Positions 37,581 through 46,131 of a stretch of DNA of 64,000 bases are shown in pieces; position 1 is the stretch's first letter; each line of letters begins with the position of its first letter. The DNA is from an uncultured Solirubrobacterales bacterium (lineage in GTDB: Bacteria > Actinomycetota > Thermoleophilia > Solirubrobacterales > JBBDJG01). Both the position numbers and the translations under genes were made by a program. The stretch covers positions 223,479-287,478 of the forward strand of contig CAWFMD010000001.1 in assembly GCA_963816975.1 (NCBI GenBank), written 5' to 3'. A model generated the notes under the pieces. The model saw only the letters and a list, made by a program, of their open reading frames with translations. It searched no databases and was not told where the DNA came from.

Positions 37581-37778
37581 ATGAGTCCCCAGCCCGACTG
37601 GACGCTGCCCAACCCGGACGCGGTGCTGGACGCCGGTGAGCCGCCGCTGCCCGACGACGAGTCACTGCTCTCCGAGCTGGGCGCCTCCTACCCGGTGGTG
37701 GCCTACCCCGGCCAGCAAAGCGAAGCCGGCGAAGCGGAGATCGAGGAGACGATCTACGCCGGCCTGGTCTTTCCCTAG
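37581..37778 (+). CDS. Small acidic hypothetical protein (65 aa)
   Basis: RBS AGAGGAGAA precedes the ATG. Third-position GC is high. No recognisable domain. Confidence 0.5.
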   Translation: MSPQPDWTLPNPDAVLDAGEPPLPDDESLLSELGASYPVVAYPGQQSEAGEAEIEETIYAGLVFP

Positions 37779-37826
37779 GCCTTCGTCAGCCGCGAGGTCG
37801 GCGCGCTCACCGTAAGAGCGCGTCGA

Positions 37827-39164
37827 TCACGCGTCCGTCCCGAAGCGGCGCAGCGCTTCGCCGATCGCGTGCGTGCCGAACTCCACGGCGTCCGCCGGGA
37901 TCCGCTCGTCGGCGCCGTGCACGCCGGCCCAGAAGTTGAAGTCCGGCGGCAGCTTCATCGGCGTGAACCCGTAGGTCTGGATGCCGAGGCGCGCGAAGAA
38001 GCGCGCGTCGGAGACGCCGGGCATCAGCAGCGGGATCGCCGTGCTGCCGGGATCCGCCTGCTCGAGGATGGAGCCGAGCGTTCCGAACAGCCCGAGATCC
38101 GCCTGCGGCGGGCCGGGATCGTGCTTGACCACCTCGAGCCCGGCGTCGATGCCGATCAGCGCCCGCAACTCGTCGAGCAGGTGGTGCGGCTCGAACCCGG
38201 GCAGCAGCCGCCCGTCCAGCATCAGCTCCACCTCGCCGGGGATCACGTTGAACTTGTCCGAGCCGCGCAGGCCGGTGGCGCTGATCGTGTTGTGCAGGAT
38301 CGGGTCGAGCAGGCGGGTGCGCTCACCCATGCGGTCGAGCAGCCGGTCGGTGGCCCGCGGGTTCAGCACCAGCCTCAGCAGCGCCCCCTGTACGCCGCCC
38401 AGACCACTTGCCATGGCTTCGACCATCTGGCGCGTGACGGGCGTGACGTGCACCGGCAGCCTGTGGCGGTCGAGCGCTCGCAGCACGTGTGCGAGCTTGC
38501 CCATCGCTCCGCCGCGGACCGGCATCGAACCGTGTCCCGGCGCCCCGCCAAGGGTCATGCGCACCGTGCACACCTGCTTCTCCGCGACCTGGATCGGATA
38601 GAAGCGCTGTCCGCCCAGGTGCATCGTGAACCCGCCGAACTCGCCGATCGCGTGGCGCACGCCGTCGAACAGCTCGGGATGCTCGCGCACGAGCCACTCC
38701 GCGCCGTAGGGGCTCATGTTCTCCTCGTCGGCGAGGGCGCAGAAGATCACGTCACCGGCGGGCTCGAGCCCCGCGGCGCGGGCGCGCAGCAGCGCCGCCA
38801 GCATCATCGTGACGCCGCCCTTCATGTCGATCGTGCCGCGGCCCCAGACGAAGCCGTCCTGCAGGTCGGCCGCGAACGGCGGGTGGCTCCAGTCCTGGTT
38901 CGCCGTGGTGACCACGTCGACGTGGCCCTGGAGCAGCAGCGGCGGCGCCGCGCCGCGGCCCGGCAGCCGCGCGACGAGGTTCGGGCGATCCGGTTCCCGG
39001 GCCCGGATCGTGCTGTCGATGCCCGCTTCCGTGAGCAGCCCCTCGATGTATGCGATGCAGGCCCGCTCGTTGCCGGGCGGATTGGTCGTGTCGAAGCGGA
39101 TCAGGTTGCGGAGCAGCTCCGCGGGTCGGGCCCAGATCGCGGCGTCCGCGGCGGCGGTGCTCAT
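37827..39164 (-). CDS. M20-family metallopeptidase (paralog of 25228-26547)
   Basis: LIRFDTTNPPGNE, QGHVDVV, GRGTIDMKG and ADEE. ATG 39164 overlaps the upstream stop (ATGA). Confidence 0.9.
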   Translation of the reverse strand: MSTAAADAAIWARPAELLRNLIRFDTTNPPGNERACIAYIEGLLTEAGIDSTIRAREPDRPNLVARLPGRGAAPPLLLQGHVDVVTTANQDWSHPPFAADLQDGFVWGRGTIDMKGGVTMMLAALLRARAAGLEPAGDVIFCALADEENMSPYGAEWLVREHPELFDGVRHAIGEFGGFTMHLGGQRFYPIQVAEKQVCTVRMTLGGAPGHGSMPVRGGAMGKLAHVLRALDRHRLPVHVTPVTRQMVEAMASGLGGVQGALLRLVLNPRATDRLLDRMGERTRLLDPILHNTISATGLRGSDKFNVIPGEVELMLDGRLLPGFEPHHLLDELRALIGIDAGLEVVKHDPGPPQADLGLFGTLGSILEQADPGSTAIPLLMPGVSDARFFARLGIQTYGFTPMKLPPDFNFWAGVHGADERIPADAVEFGTHAIGEALRRFGTDA

Positions 39165-40120
39165 ACAGGAGTGCGGTCCGCCGCCGTCTGCGTCAGGTAC
39201 TCGCTGATCCCGGTCGCGCGATGTCCTTCCCACTCGTACTCCGTGAGCCCTTCGTGCACGTGCGTGAGACGGCCGTCCCTGCGCTGTCGCAGCGGCGCCA
39301 CCTCGATCGCGCGGCCGCGCAGCGTGGTCGTGCGGCCACGGCTGTCGGACGCCTGCGCCACGAAGGAGCGCTGACACCCGAGCTCGGGGTCGAGCCCCGA
39401 AGTCGTCTCGCAGGTCACGATCGGGGAGATCTCGCCGTCGCGCATCAGGAAGCCGCCGGCCGTCTCCGTTCCATCGGCCTGGCCGAGGTTGTTGACCATC
39501 ACGAAATTGTCTGGGTCCACCACCACGCCGAACCACCGCCACCACGGCACGCGCTGCCAGTCCCGGACTCCCCAGGAGTGATCCCGCAGGCCGCTGCCGG
39601 CCAGCGGATGGCGCCGCCCGTCGACTTCGATCACCCCGGCGAGCGACCCGGGCTGCTCGTAGTGGTCGCTCGCGACCGCGTCGGTGAGCCCGGACGCGAA
39701 CGACAGCGGCGCGCCCCAGGCAGTGAAGCGCAGTGTGCCCGCGACCTCGACCGTGCGGTACGCGTCGCGATCGGTGGCGATGTGCTCCGCGCGGGCGTAC
39801 AGGCGCGCGGGCCCCGTGAACCGCAGCTCCCACAGCGTGAGCGGGAGGGCGCACTCGAAGGTGACCGGGCCGGCGGCCACCGGATCGCCGCACCGCGTGC
39901 GCGCGAAGCTCAGCAGGAACCCTTGTCCGGGGAGCCAGATGCCGAGCGCGCCCTCCGTGAGGCCCTCGTTGGGGCGGCGCCCGACGCGTGAGTAGAACGC
40001 CAGGCCGCGGCCGTCGCCGCCGCCGAAGTAGAAGGAGTCGGACCACTGCTCCTGCGGGCCCGCCGGCTGCCAGGCGTCGTGCGCGGCCGTGATCGCGGCC
40101 GTGGTTGGGGAGTCTGTCAC
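39161..40120 (-). CDS. Conserved hypothetical protein (possibly CrtC/AttH-like beta-sandwich superfamily)
   Basis: 319 aa with protein-like composition. The RDHSWGVRDW motif is present. The family assignment comes from memory only. Confidence 0.7.
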   Translation of the reverse strand: MTDSPTTAAITAAHDAWQPAGPQEQWSDSFYFGGGDGRGLAFYSRVGRRPNEGLTEGALGIWLPGQGFLLSFARTRCGDPVAAGPVTFECALPLTLWELRFTGPARLYARAEHIATDRDAYRTVEVAGTLRFTAWGAPLSFASGLTDAVASDHYEQPGSLAGVIEVDGRRHPLAGSGLRDHSWGVRDWQRVPWWRWFGVVVDPDNFVMVNNLGQADGTETAGGFLMRDGEISPIVTCETTSGLDPELGCQRSFVAQASDSRGRTTTLRGRAIEVAPLRQRRDGRLTHVHEGLTEYEWEGHRATGISEYLTQTAADRTPV

Positions 40121-40150
40121 CGGGCGCAGCCTAACCGCCGCGCCTGGGCG

Positions 40151-40372
40151 CTACTTGCGGGTCTTGCGCTTCTCGAGCAGGCTCTGCGCGACGCTCAGGC
40201 CGATCACGAGCAGCGTGAACCCGATGATCAACCCGAACCCGAAGTTGGTGACGACCTTGTCGTCGGTCTTGCCGTAGAGGCCCTCGCCGCCCTTGGCCGC
40301 GATCGCGGGTGTCGCGAGGGACAGGGTCAAGAGCAGGGCCGAGATCGACACCAGGAAGGCTCTCACGCGCAT
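40151..40372 (-). CDS. Small secreted/membrane-anchored protein (73 aa)
   Basis: Signal peptide MRVRAFLVSISALLLTLSLATPAIAA, a C-terminal TM helix and a KRKTRK tail. Confidence 0.55.
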   Translation of the reverse strand: MRVRAFLVSISALLLTLSLATPAIAAKGGEGLYGKTDDKVVTNFGFGLIIGFTLLVIGLSVAQSLLEKRKTRK

Positions 40373-40430
40373 CCGGCCAGACTCTATCGCAGGCGTCCGG
40401 ATGCGCGGCGCCGTTGGGCGCGGCCCGGCG

Positions 40431-40491
40431 ACCGTTGTTAACAACGGTTCACAAGGTGGTCACGGGAATTCAACTTTGCGCAATTTGCGCA
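40431..40491. promoter_or_regulatory. Cluster of operator-like elements in a divergent intergenic region
   Basis: A perfect 18-bp palindrome ACCGTTGTTAACAACGGT (40431-40448). Phased repeats GTTCAC/GGTCAC (40447 and 40458). A perfect 7-1-7 palindrome TGCGCAAtTTGCGCA (40477-40491). Confidence 0.5.
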
Positions 40492-40508
40492 CGGCGATAC
40501 TCCCCACG

Positions 40509-41486
40509 ATGCCGAATCTGCAGAACACGGGCCCCGGGATTGACGCCATCCGTACCCGGGGCTCGGTTGCTGCTCTGGCGGCGCGCCTCGGCCTCAACCT
40601 TCCGTACGAGTGGTGGCCGGCCGCCGCCACCTTGAAGGGGCTCGAAGCCGCCGGATTCAGCTGGGTCCAGGTCGCCGCACCGCCCGTCGAGATGCTCGCG
40701 GACCCACGCCACGCCGTGCGCCACGCAGCAGCGCTGCGCCAGGCGCTCGAGGTGACGTCGCTGAACGCGGTCCTGCACGGGCCGACGAACCTCCAGGTCG
40801 GCAGCGCGTTGCATGACCGGGCGTTCGAGAGCCTGCTCGAGTACGCGCATCACATCGGCGCGACGCACGTCGTCTACCACGCCCTGGACTTCACACGGCG
40901 GGGCGCGGAGTCGGACGCGGAGGAGCGTGCCCTGCGCCGGCTGGCCGGCACGGCCGAGGCCCTGCGCCTGACCGTCTGCCTGGAGAACCTGTGCCCGGTC
41001 TACCCCGGGCGCTCGAGCGTCTGCCACGACCCGCTGTCGGTGCGCGATCTCGTGCGACGGCTCGACACGCCGGCGTACGGGATGCTGCTGGACGTGGGTC
41101 ACGCGAACGTCGTGGCCGGCTACATGGGCGTCGAGCCGGCGGCGCTGATCGAGCCGGTGCTCGAATGTGTGCGCCTCTTTCACGTCCACGACAACCTCGG
41201 CGCCCGGCTGCGCGGCGAGGGCGGGCCGATGCTCGACCCCCTGCAACTCGACCTGCACCTTCCCCCGGGCGGCGGCAGCGTCCCGTGGGACCAGATCCGC
41301 GTGGCGCTGATCGGCCACGACGCACCGCTCATGATGGAGATCCACCCCGCTCACCGCTCGGCCCCCAGCGGGCTGTGGGAGGCCGCGATGTCCGTCATCT
41401 GCGGAATCGCAACCCAGGCCGTCCGGTCACGGACGGTCGCAGCGGCTCCCCTGATCGGAGCCGAATCAGCTTCGCGCAGCGTCTGA
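40509..41486 (+). CDS. Sugar phosphate isomerase/epimerase (xylose-isomerase-like TIM barrel)
   Basis: The HVVYH, CLEN, DVGHA and HVHDN pattern is typical of the AP_endonuc_2 fold. Confidence 0.8.
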   Translation: MPNLQNTGPGIDAIRTRGSVAALAARLGLNLPYEWWPAAATLKGLEAAGFSWVQVAAPPVEMLADPRHAVRHAAALRQALEVTSLNAVLHGPTNLQVGSALHDRAFESLLEYAHHIGATHVVYHALDFTRRGAESDAEERALRRLAGTAEALRLTVCLENLCPVYPGRSSVCHDPLSVRDLVRRLDTPAYGMLLDVGHANVVAGYMGVEPAALIEPVLECVRLFHVHDNLGARLRGEGGPMLDPLQLDLHLPPGGGSVPWDQIRVALIGHDAPLMMEIHPAHRSAPSGLWEAAMSVICGIATQAVRSRTVAAAPLIGAESASRSV

Positions 41487-41515
41487 TCTGCCCGCCTTTA
41501 TAGGCTGGGCCGCTC

Positions 41516-42361
41516 ATGAATGAGCTTCAGGCGCTCCTGCTGGGTGTCGTGCAGGGGCTCACCGAGTTCCTGCCGATCTCTTCGTCGGGGCACCTGATCC
41601 TCGTGCCCTGGGTCCTCGACTTCAATTACCTGGAGCAGCACCCGGAGTTCAACAAGTCCTTCGACGTCTCGCTGCACAGCGGGACGCTGCTGGCGGTGCT
41701 GACCTACTTCCGCGCCGACCTCGTGCGTTACGCACGGGGGGTGCTGCACAGCCTTCGCACGCGCCGCGTCGAGGGGCAGGACGAGCGGCTCGGGTGGCTG
41801 ATCGTGATCGCGACGGTCCCGGCGGCGGCGGTCGGCGCGATCGCCGAGCAGCCGATCACCGACAAGCTCGGCGAGCCCTGGCAGATCGCGATCCTGCTGG
41901 CCGTGTTCGCGATCCTTTTGTACCTGGCCGATCGCCTGCCCCAGCAGCGGGAGGTCGAAGGACTGGGCGTGCGCGACGCGGTGCTCGTGGGCCTGGCGCA
42001 GGCCGTGGCGCTCGCCCCCGGCACATCGCGCTCCGGCGTCACGATCACCGCCGGGCGCGCGCTGGGGCTGACGCGGGCAGCGGCCGCGCGCTTCTCCTTC
42101 CTGCTGCTGGCGCCGATCACGCTGGGCGCCGTGCTGTACGAAAGCGTCGACCTGTTGCTGACCGGGGTGCCGCCCGACAGCGCAGGTCCGTTCGTGGTGG
42201 GGATCGTCGCGGCCGCCGCGTCCGGGTTCGCGGCGATCTGGGGCATGCTGCGCTATCTGCAGACCCGCAGCTACGACATCTTCGTCTGGTACCGGCTGGC
42301 CGCGGCCGCCGTGATCCTGCTGCTGATCGCGACCGGGGTCGAGCCCGCCACGTTCAGCTGA
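41516..42361 (+). CDS. uppP: Undecaprenyl-diphosphate phosphatase
   Basis: GLTEFLPISSSGHL and PGTSRSG motifs. Polytopic, 281 aa. Confidence 0.95.
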   Translation: MNELQALLLGVVQGLTEFLPISSSGHLILVPWVLDFNYLEQHPEFNKSFDVSLHSGTLLAVLTYFRADLVRYARGVLHSLRTRRVEGQDERLGWLIVIATVPAAAVGAIAEQPITDKLGEPWQIAILLAVFAILLYLADRLPQQREVEGLGVRDAVLVGLAQAVALAPGTSRSGVTITAGRALGLTRAAAARFSFLLLAPITLGAVLYESVDLLLTGVPPDSAGPFVVGIVAAAASGFAAIWGMLRYLQTRSYDIFVWYRLAAAAVILLLIATGVEPATFS

Positions 42362-42364
42362 TCG

Positions 42365-42404
42365 GTAACGGAGGACGCCCGGCGGGGCCCGTTAACCAAA
42401 TTTT
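42365..42404 (+). terminator. Terminator candidate after uppP
   Basis: An imperfect composite hairpin (taacgg...gccc-ggcg-gggc...ccgtta) is followed by a TTTT run. Confidence 0.35.
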
Positions 42405-42435
42405 CCCAACCTCATCACCAGAGGTTCACCGAGCG
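42403..42435 (+). promoter_or_regulatory. PHO-box-like direct repeats (3 units, exact 11-nt phase)
   Basis: TTCCCAacctc, ATCACCagagg and TTCACCgagcg lie 30-62 nt upstream of the ATG at 42465. Confidence 0.4.
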
Positions 42436-42464
42436 CGCCCGGCCCCCCTTTAGTTTGGCTGCAA

Positions 42465-42854
42465 ATGAGCGCTTCGAGCCGCACGAGCCCCGCTCCCGAC
42501 AAGGCGGCCCGATCCCGCGCCGACCCGCCCAGCCACCCGCCCCTGCGGATCGCGAACCTGGAGATCCGGCCCGGCGAGTACCAGCTGCTGGCCGACGGTA
42601 AGCGGGTCGGCCTCACCGTGCGCGAGTTCCAGACGTTCCTCGTGCTGGCCGAGCGCCCGGACAGGGTCGTCACCCGGCCGGAGATCTACGCGCTCGTGTG
42701 GGGCGGGCAGATGGCCTATCGCGATCGCTCCGTCGACGTCTTCGTGCGCAAGGTGCGGCGCAAGCTCGCGACCTGCGCGCCGACGTGGATCTACATCCAC
42801 ACGCACTTCGGCGTGGGCTATCGGTTCTCTGGGGAGCGCGTGACGAGCCGGTAA
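42465..42854 (+). CDS. Stand-alone OmpR/PhoB-type winged-helix DNA-binding protein (no receiver domain)
   Basis: LTVREFQTFLVLAERPDRVVTRPEIYALVWG...DRSVDVFVRKVRRKL...IHTHFGVGYRF. It is closely similar to the C-terminus of the 54431-55240 regulator. Confidence 0.8.
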   Translation: MSASSRTSPAPDKAARSRADPPSHPPLRIANLEIRPGEYQLLADGKRVGLTVREFQTFLVLAERPDRVVTRPEIYALVWGGQMAYRDRSVDVFVRKVRRKLATCAPTWIYIHTHFGVGYRFSGERVTSR

Positions 42855-43843
42855 CGCAGCAACGTGGTGACGCGCTCCGGCGTGTGCACGACCTGCCGCC
42901 AGGAAAGGCGTACCACGTGCCACCCGGCGAGCCCCAGTTGCAGATCGCGTGAGCGATCGCGCTCGAACGCGTGGGGCGCACCGTGCGTCGCACGACCATC
43001 CGTCTCGACGACGACACGCTGATCCGGCCAGTGGAAGTCGACCTCGAGGCCTGCGACGCGGGCATTCACGACCGGCGTCGGCAGCCTGGCCGCGCGGATG
43101 AGGTGGAGGAAGCGTCGCTCCAGCTCGCTGCGGACGGGTGGCGGCTCGTCGGGAAGCCGGCTGAGTAGGCGGCGCAGTTTCACGACACCGCGCCGTCCCC
43201 GCGACCGACCGAGGGTCGCGTCGAGCGCGGTGCGATCGAACAGGTTCAGCTCGAGCGATCGCTCCAGCGCGCGCCGCAGCTCACGGGGCCCGGCGACCGC
43301 GGCGAGGTCGACCAGTGTGCGCGCGGGCGTCGTGCAGGGAACGCGCTCCGCCTCGGTGATCTCGCTGCCCGGCAGGCAGCGGGTGCGATGCACCGCGATG
43401 CCGCTGCGCTGCTGTCCGCCTCGACGCGGGACCGTCACGTCGATCGGCCCCGACGGCGGTCCCCCGAGACCCAGCAACGCCGCGCCCGCACGGTGACTGA
43501 GGACCGCACCCTCGCCGCAGGCCAGCACGGCTGCGAGGTAGGCGCCGAAACGGGGGAGGAGCAGATGCCCGACCGCGTACACGCCGGCGTGGAGGCGGTG
43601 CAGCCGTCCCACGTTCGTGCGGTGCCAGATCTCATCGCTGCTGAGTCCGGCGGTGAGGAGCTGGGTGCGGGAGACGATGCCGTGCTGTCGCTGCGCAAGT
43701 TCCGCGATCGCGACATCCGGATGCTCCCGCCCTCCCGCAGGTGAGTCGAATTTCTCGGCCTCAGGCCGAACGATCCGGGCCACCTCGGGAGGGTGGCGCG
43801 GATCGGGCAACGCATGGGCGCGCGGATGCAGCGAGTGCGTCAC
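42818..43843 (-). CDS. DUF559 (Vsr-like endonuclease fold) domain protein with AbiEi-like N-terminal region
   Basis: IAELAQRQHGIVSRTQLL at the N-terminus and VDFHWPDQRVVVETDG...RD..L...GW.V.R at the C-terminus. Start is uncertain. Confidence 0.75.
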   Translation of the reverse strand: MTHSLHPRAHALPDPRHPPEVARIVRPEAEKFDSPAGGREHPDVAIAELAQRQHGIVSRTQLLTAGLSSDEIWHRTNVGRLHRLHAGVYAVGHLLLPRFGAYLAAVLACGEGAVLSHRAGAALLGLGGPPSGPIDVTVPRRGGQQRSGIAVHRTRCLPGSEITEAERVPCTTPARTLVDLAAVAGPRELRRALERSLELNLFDRTALDATLGRSRGRRGVVKLRRLLSRLPDEPPPVRSELERRFLHLIRAARLPTPVVNARVAGLEVDFHWPDQRVVVETDGRATHGAPHAFERDRSRDLQLGLAGWHVVRLSWRQVVHTPERVTTLLRYRLVTRSPENR

Positions 43844-43963
43844 GAAACGCGAACGAATCCGGGCCGCTCATCTCATGCCGGTCCTGCAACTGCGGCGCGG
43901 GTCTAAGCGCGGCCCGGCGGCCATCCAGCCTGCCAGGCCGCTGATACGCTAGCGACGGGTTGT

Positions 43964-46123
43964 GTGCGGGCCATCTGCCCGCGGGAGGGCACTTTTCCCA
44001 CCGACATCGGCGACCCCGGAGGCGCGCTTGCTGTGAATGCTGTGAGGAACGTCGACGCCCCCGGCGCCGGCACTCGCAAGCCCGCGGTGCGAGACAGATA
44101 CCTCAACCGCGAGCTGTCGACGATCGACTTCAACGCGCGCGTGCTCTCGCTGGCGGACGATGCTGCCACCCCGCTGCTGGAGCGGGCGAAGTTCCTCGCG
44201 ATCTTCGCGACGAACATGGACGAGTTCTTCCAGGTGCGCGTGGCGGGGCTCAAGCAACAGGCTGCGGCCGGGATCCGCACCCGGTCCTCGGACGGCCTCA
44301 CCCCGCGCGAGCAGCTCTCTGCGATCTCGGCAAAGGTGGTCCCGCTGGCGGAGCGGCACGCGCGCTTGTTCGCCGAGGACGTGCTGCCGGCGCTCAGCGA
44401 GGCGGGCGTCCAGGTGCTGCGCTGGTCGCAGCTCGAGGATGCCCAGCGGGAGGAGCTGAACCAGCTCTTCCGGGACAAGATCTTCCAGGTCCTCACGCCG
44501 CTCGCCGTGGACTCCGGCCGGCCCTTCCCGTACATCTCGAACCTCTCCCTCAACCTCGCTGTGCTGGTCCGTGACTCCGCCGCGGGACGCATGCATTTCG
44601 CCCGCATCAAGGTGCCGCCGATCCTGCCGCGGTTCGTCTCCTTCGCCGAGGATCGTTACTTCACCCCGCTCGAGGAGGTGATCGCGGCCAACCTCGACCA
44701 GTTGTTCCCGGGCATGGAGATCGTCGAGCACCACACGTTCCGCGTGACGCGAAACGCCGATCTCGAGATCGACGACGGCGCCGACGATCTGCTCGAGGCG
44801 CTCGAGGAGCAGCTCGCGCAGCGGCGCGCCCGCCCAGCCGTGCGGCTCGAGGTCGAGCAGACGATCCCGCAGCACGTGCTCGAGCTGTTGATGAGCGAGC
44901 TGGAGGTCGGCGACGAGGACATCTACATGCTCCCGGCGCCGCTGGACCTGTCGGGCCTGTGGGGCCTGCATGCGATCGATCGGCCCGAGCTGAAGGACGA
45001 GCCGTACTTCCCCGTCACGCACCCGGACCTCTCGCTGGCCGAGGAAGACATCTCGCTGTTCGAGGTGCTGGGCGACCGTGACGTGCTCGTCCATCACCCG
45101 TACGAGTCCTTCACCACCAGCGTGCAGCGGTTCATCGAGGAGGCGGCTGCGGACCCGGATGTGCTGGCGATCAAGCAGACGCTCTATCGCACGGCCGGCA
45201 GTCCGATCGTGAACGCGCTGATCGAGGCCGCCGAGCGCGGGAAGCAGGTGGTCGTGCTGATCGAGATCAAGGCCCGCTTCGACGAGAGCGCGAACATCGC
45301 CTGGGCCCGCACGCTGGAGAAGGCGGGCTGCCACGTGGTGTACGGGCTGGCCGGCCTGAAGACCCATTGCAAGCTCTGCCTGGTGGTGCGCGATGAGGGC
45401 GGCCACCTGAAGCAGTACGTGCACGTCGGAACCGGCAACTACAACCCGATCACGGCTCGCATCTACGAGGACGTGGGACTGTTCACCGCCGATCCCGAGC
45501 TGGCCGCCGAGGTGGGCCACCTGTTCAACTACATCACCGGGTTCTCCCGGGACAAGAAGTACAAGCGCATGATCGTGGCGCCGCACGGCATGCGTGACCG
45601 CATGCTGGGCATGATCGAGCGCGAGGCGGCCCTTTCGACGCCGGACCGACCGGGGCGGATCATCATGAAGATGAACAACCTGTCCGATGATGGAATGGTG
45701 AACGCGCTCTACGACGCGTCCGAGCAAGGCGTCAACGTCGATCTCATCGTCCGCAACATCTGCACCCTGCGGCCGGGGGTGAAGTCCCTCAGCAGGAACA
45801 TCTCGGTGCGGTCCATCCTGGGGCGATTCCTCGAGCACTCGCGGGTCTTCTATTTCCAGAACGGCGGCGAAGAGCAGATCTACATCGGCAGCGCCGACAT
45901 GATGCCGCGCAACCTGGACTGGCGAGTCGAGGCACTGGCGGCCGTCCAGGCGCCCGAGCTGCGCGAGCAGCTGAAGCTGGTGCTCGACCTTGCGCTGTCC
46001 GACAACTCCTCCTCCTGGACACTCGATCGTGCCGGCAAGTGGCACAAGGTGAAGCCGAAGGAAGGAGAGGTCCGCCTCGACTTCCAGGACCAGTTGATGA
46101 GGCATCCCACCGCAGATGCTTGA
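43964..46123 (+). CDS. ppk1: Polyphosphate kinase 1
   Basis: RYLNRELSTIDFNARVL, FLAIFATNMDEFF and two PLD-like HxK regions. The start may be GTG 44033 instead of 43964. Confidence 0.95.
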   Translation: MRAICPREGTFPTDIGDPGGALAVNAVRNVDAPGAGTRKPAVRDRYLNRELSTIDFNARVLSLADDAATPLLERAKFLAIFATNMDEFFQVRVAGLKQQAAAGIRTRSSDGLTPREQLSAISAKVVPLAERHARLFAEDVLPALSEAGVQVLRWSQLEDAQREELNQLFRDKIFQVLTPLAVDSGRPFPYISNLSLNLAVLVRDSAAGRMHFARIKVPPILPRFVSFAEDRYFTPLEEVIAANLDQLFPGMEIVEHHTFRVTRNADLEIDDGADDLLEALEEQLAQRRARPAVRLEVEQTIPQHVLELLMSELEVGDEDIYMLPAPLDLSGLWGLHAIDRPELKDEPYFPVTHPDLSLAEEDISLFEVLGDRDVLVHHPYESFTTSVQRFIEEAAADPDVLAIKQTLYRTAGSPIVNALIEAAERGKQVVVLIEIKARFDESANIAWARTLEKAGCHVVYGLAGLKTHCKLCLVVRDEGGHLKQYVHVGTGNYNPITARIYEDVGLFTADPELAAEVGHLFNYITGFSRDKKYKRMIVAPHGMRDRMLGMIEREAALSTPDRPGRIIMKMNNLSDDGMVNALYDASEQGVNVDLIVRNICTLRPGVKSLSRNISVRSILGRFLEHSRVFYFQNGGEEQIYIGSADMMPRNLDWRVEALAAVQAPELREQLKLVLDLALSDNSSSWTLDRAGKWHKVKPKEGEVRLDFQDQLMRHPTADA

Positions 46124-46131
46124 TCTTCCAG

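Noticed and set aside
42818-43843. The DUF559/AbiEi-like gene as a marker of a mobile element or defence island
   Set aside because: No integrase, transposase, flanking repeats, tRNA target or partner toxin gene is visible. Such genes are common as stand-alone chromosomal genes in Actinobacteria.
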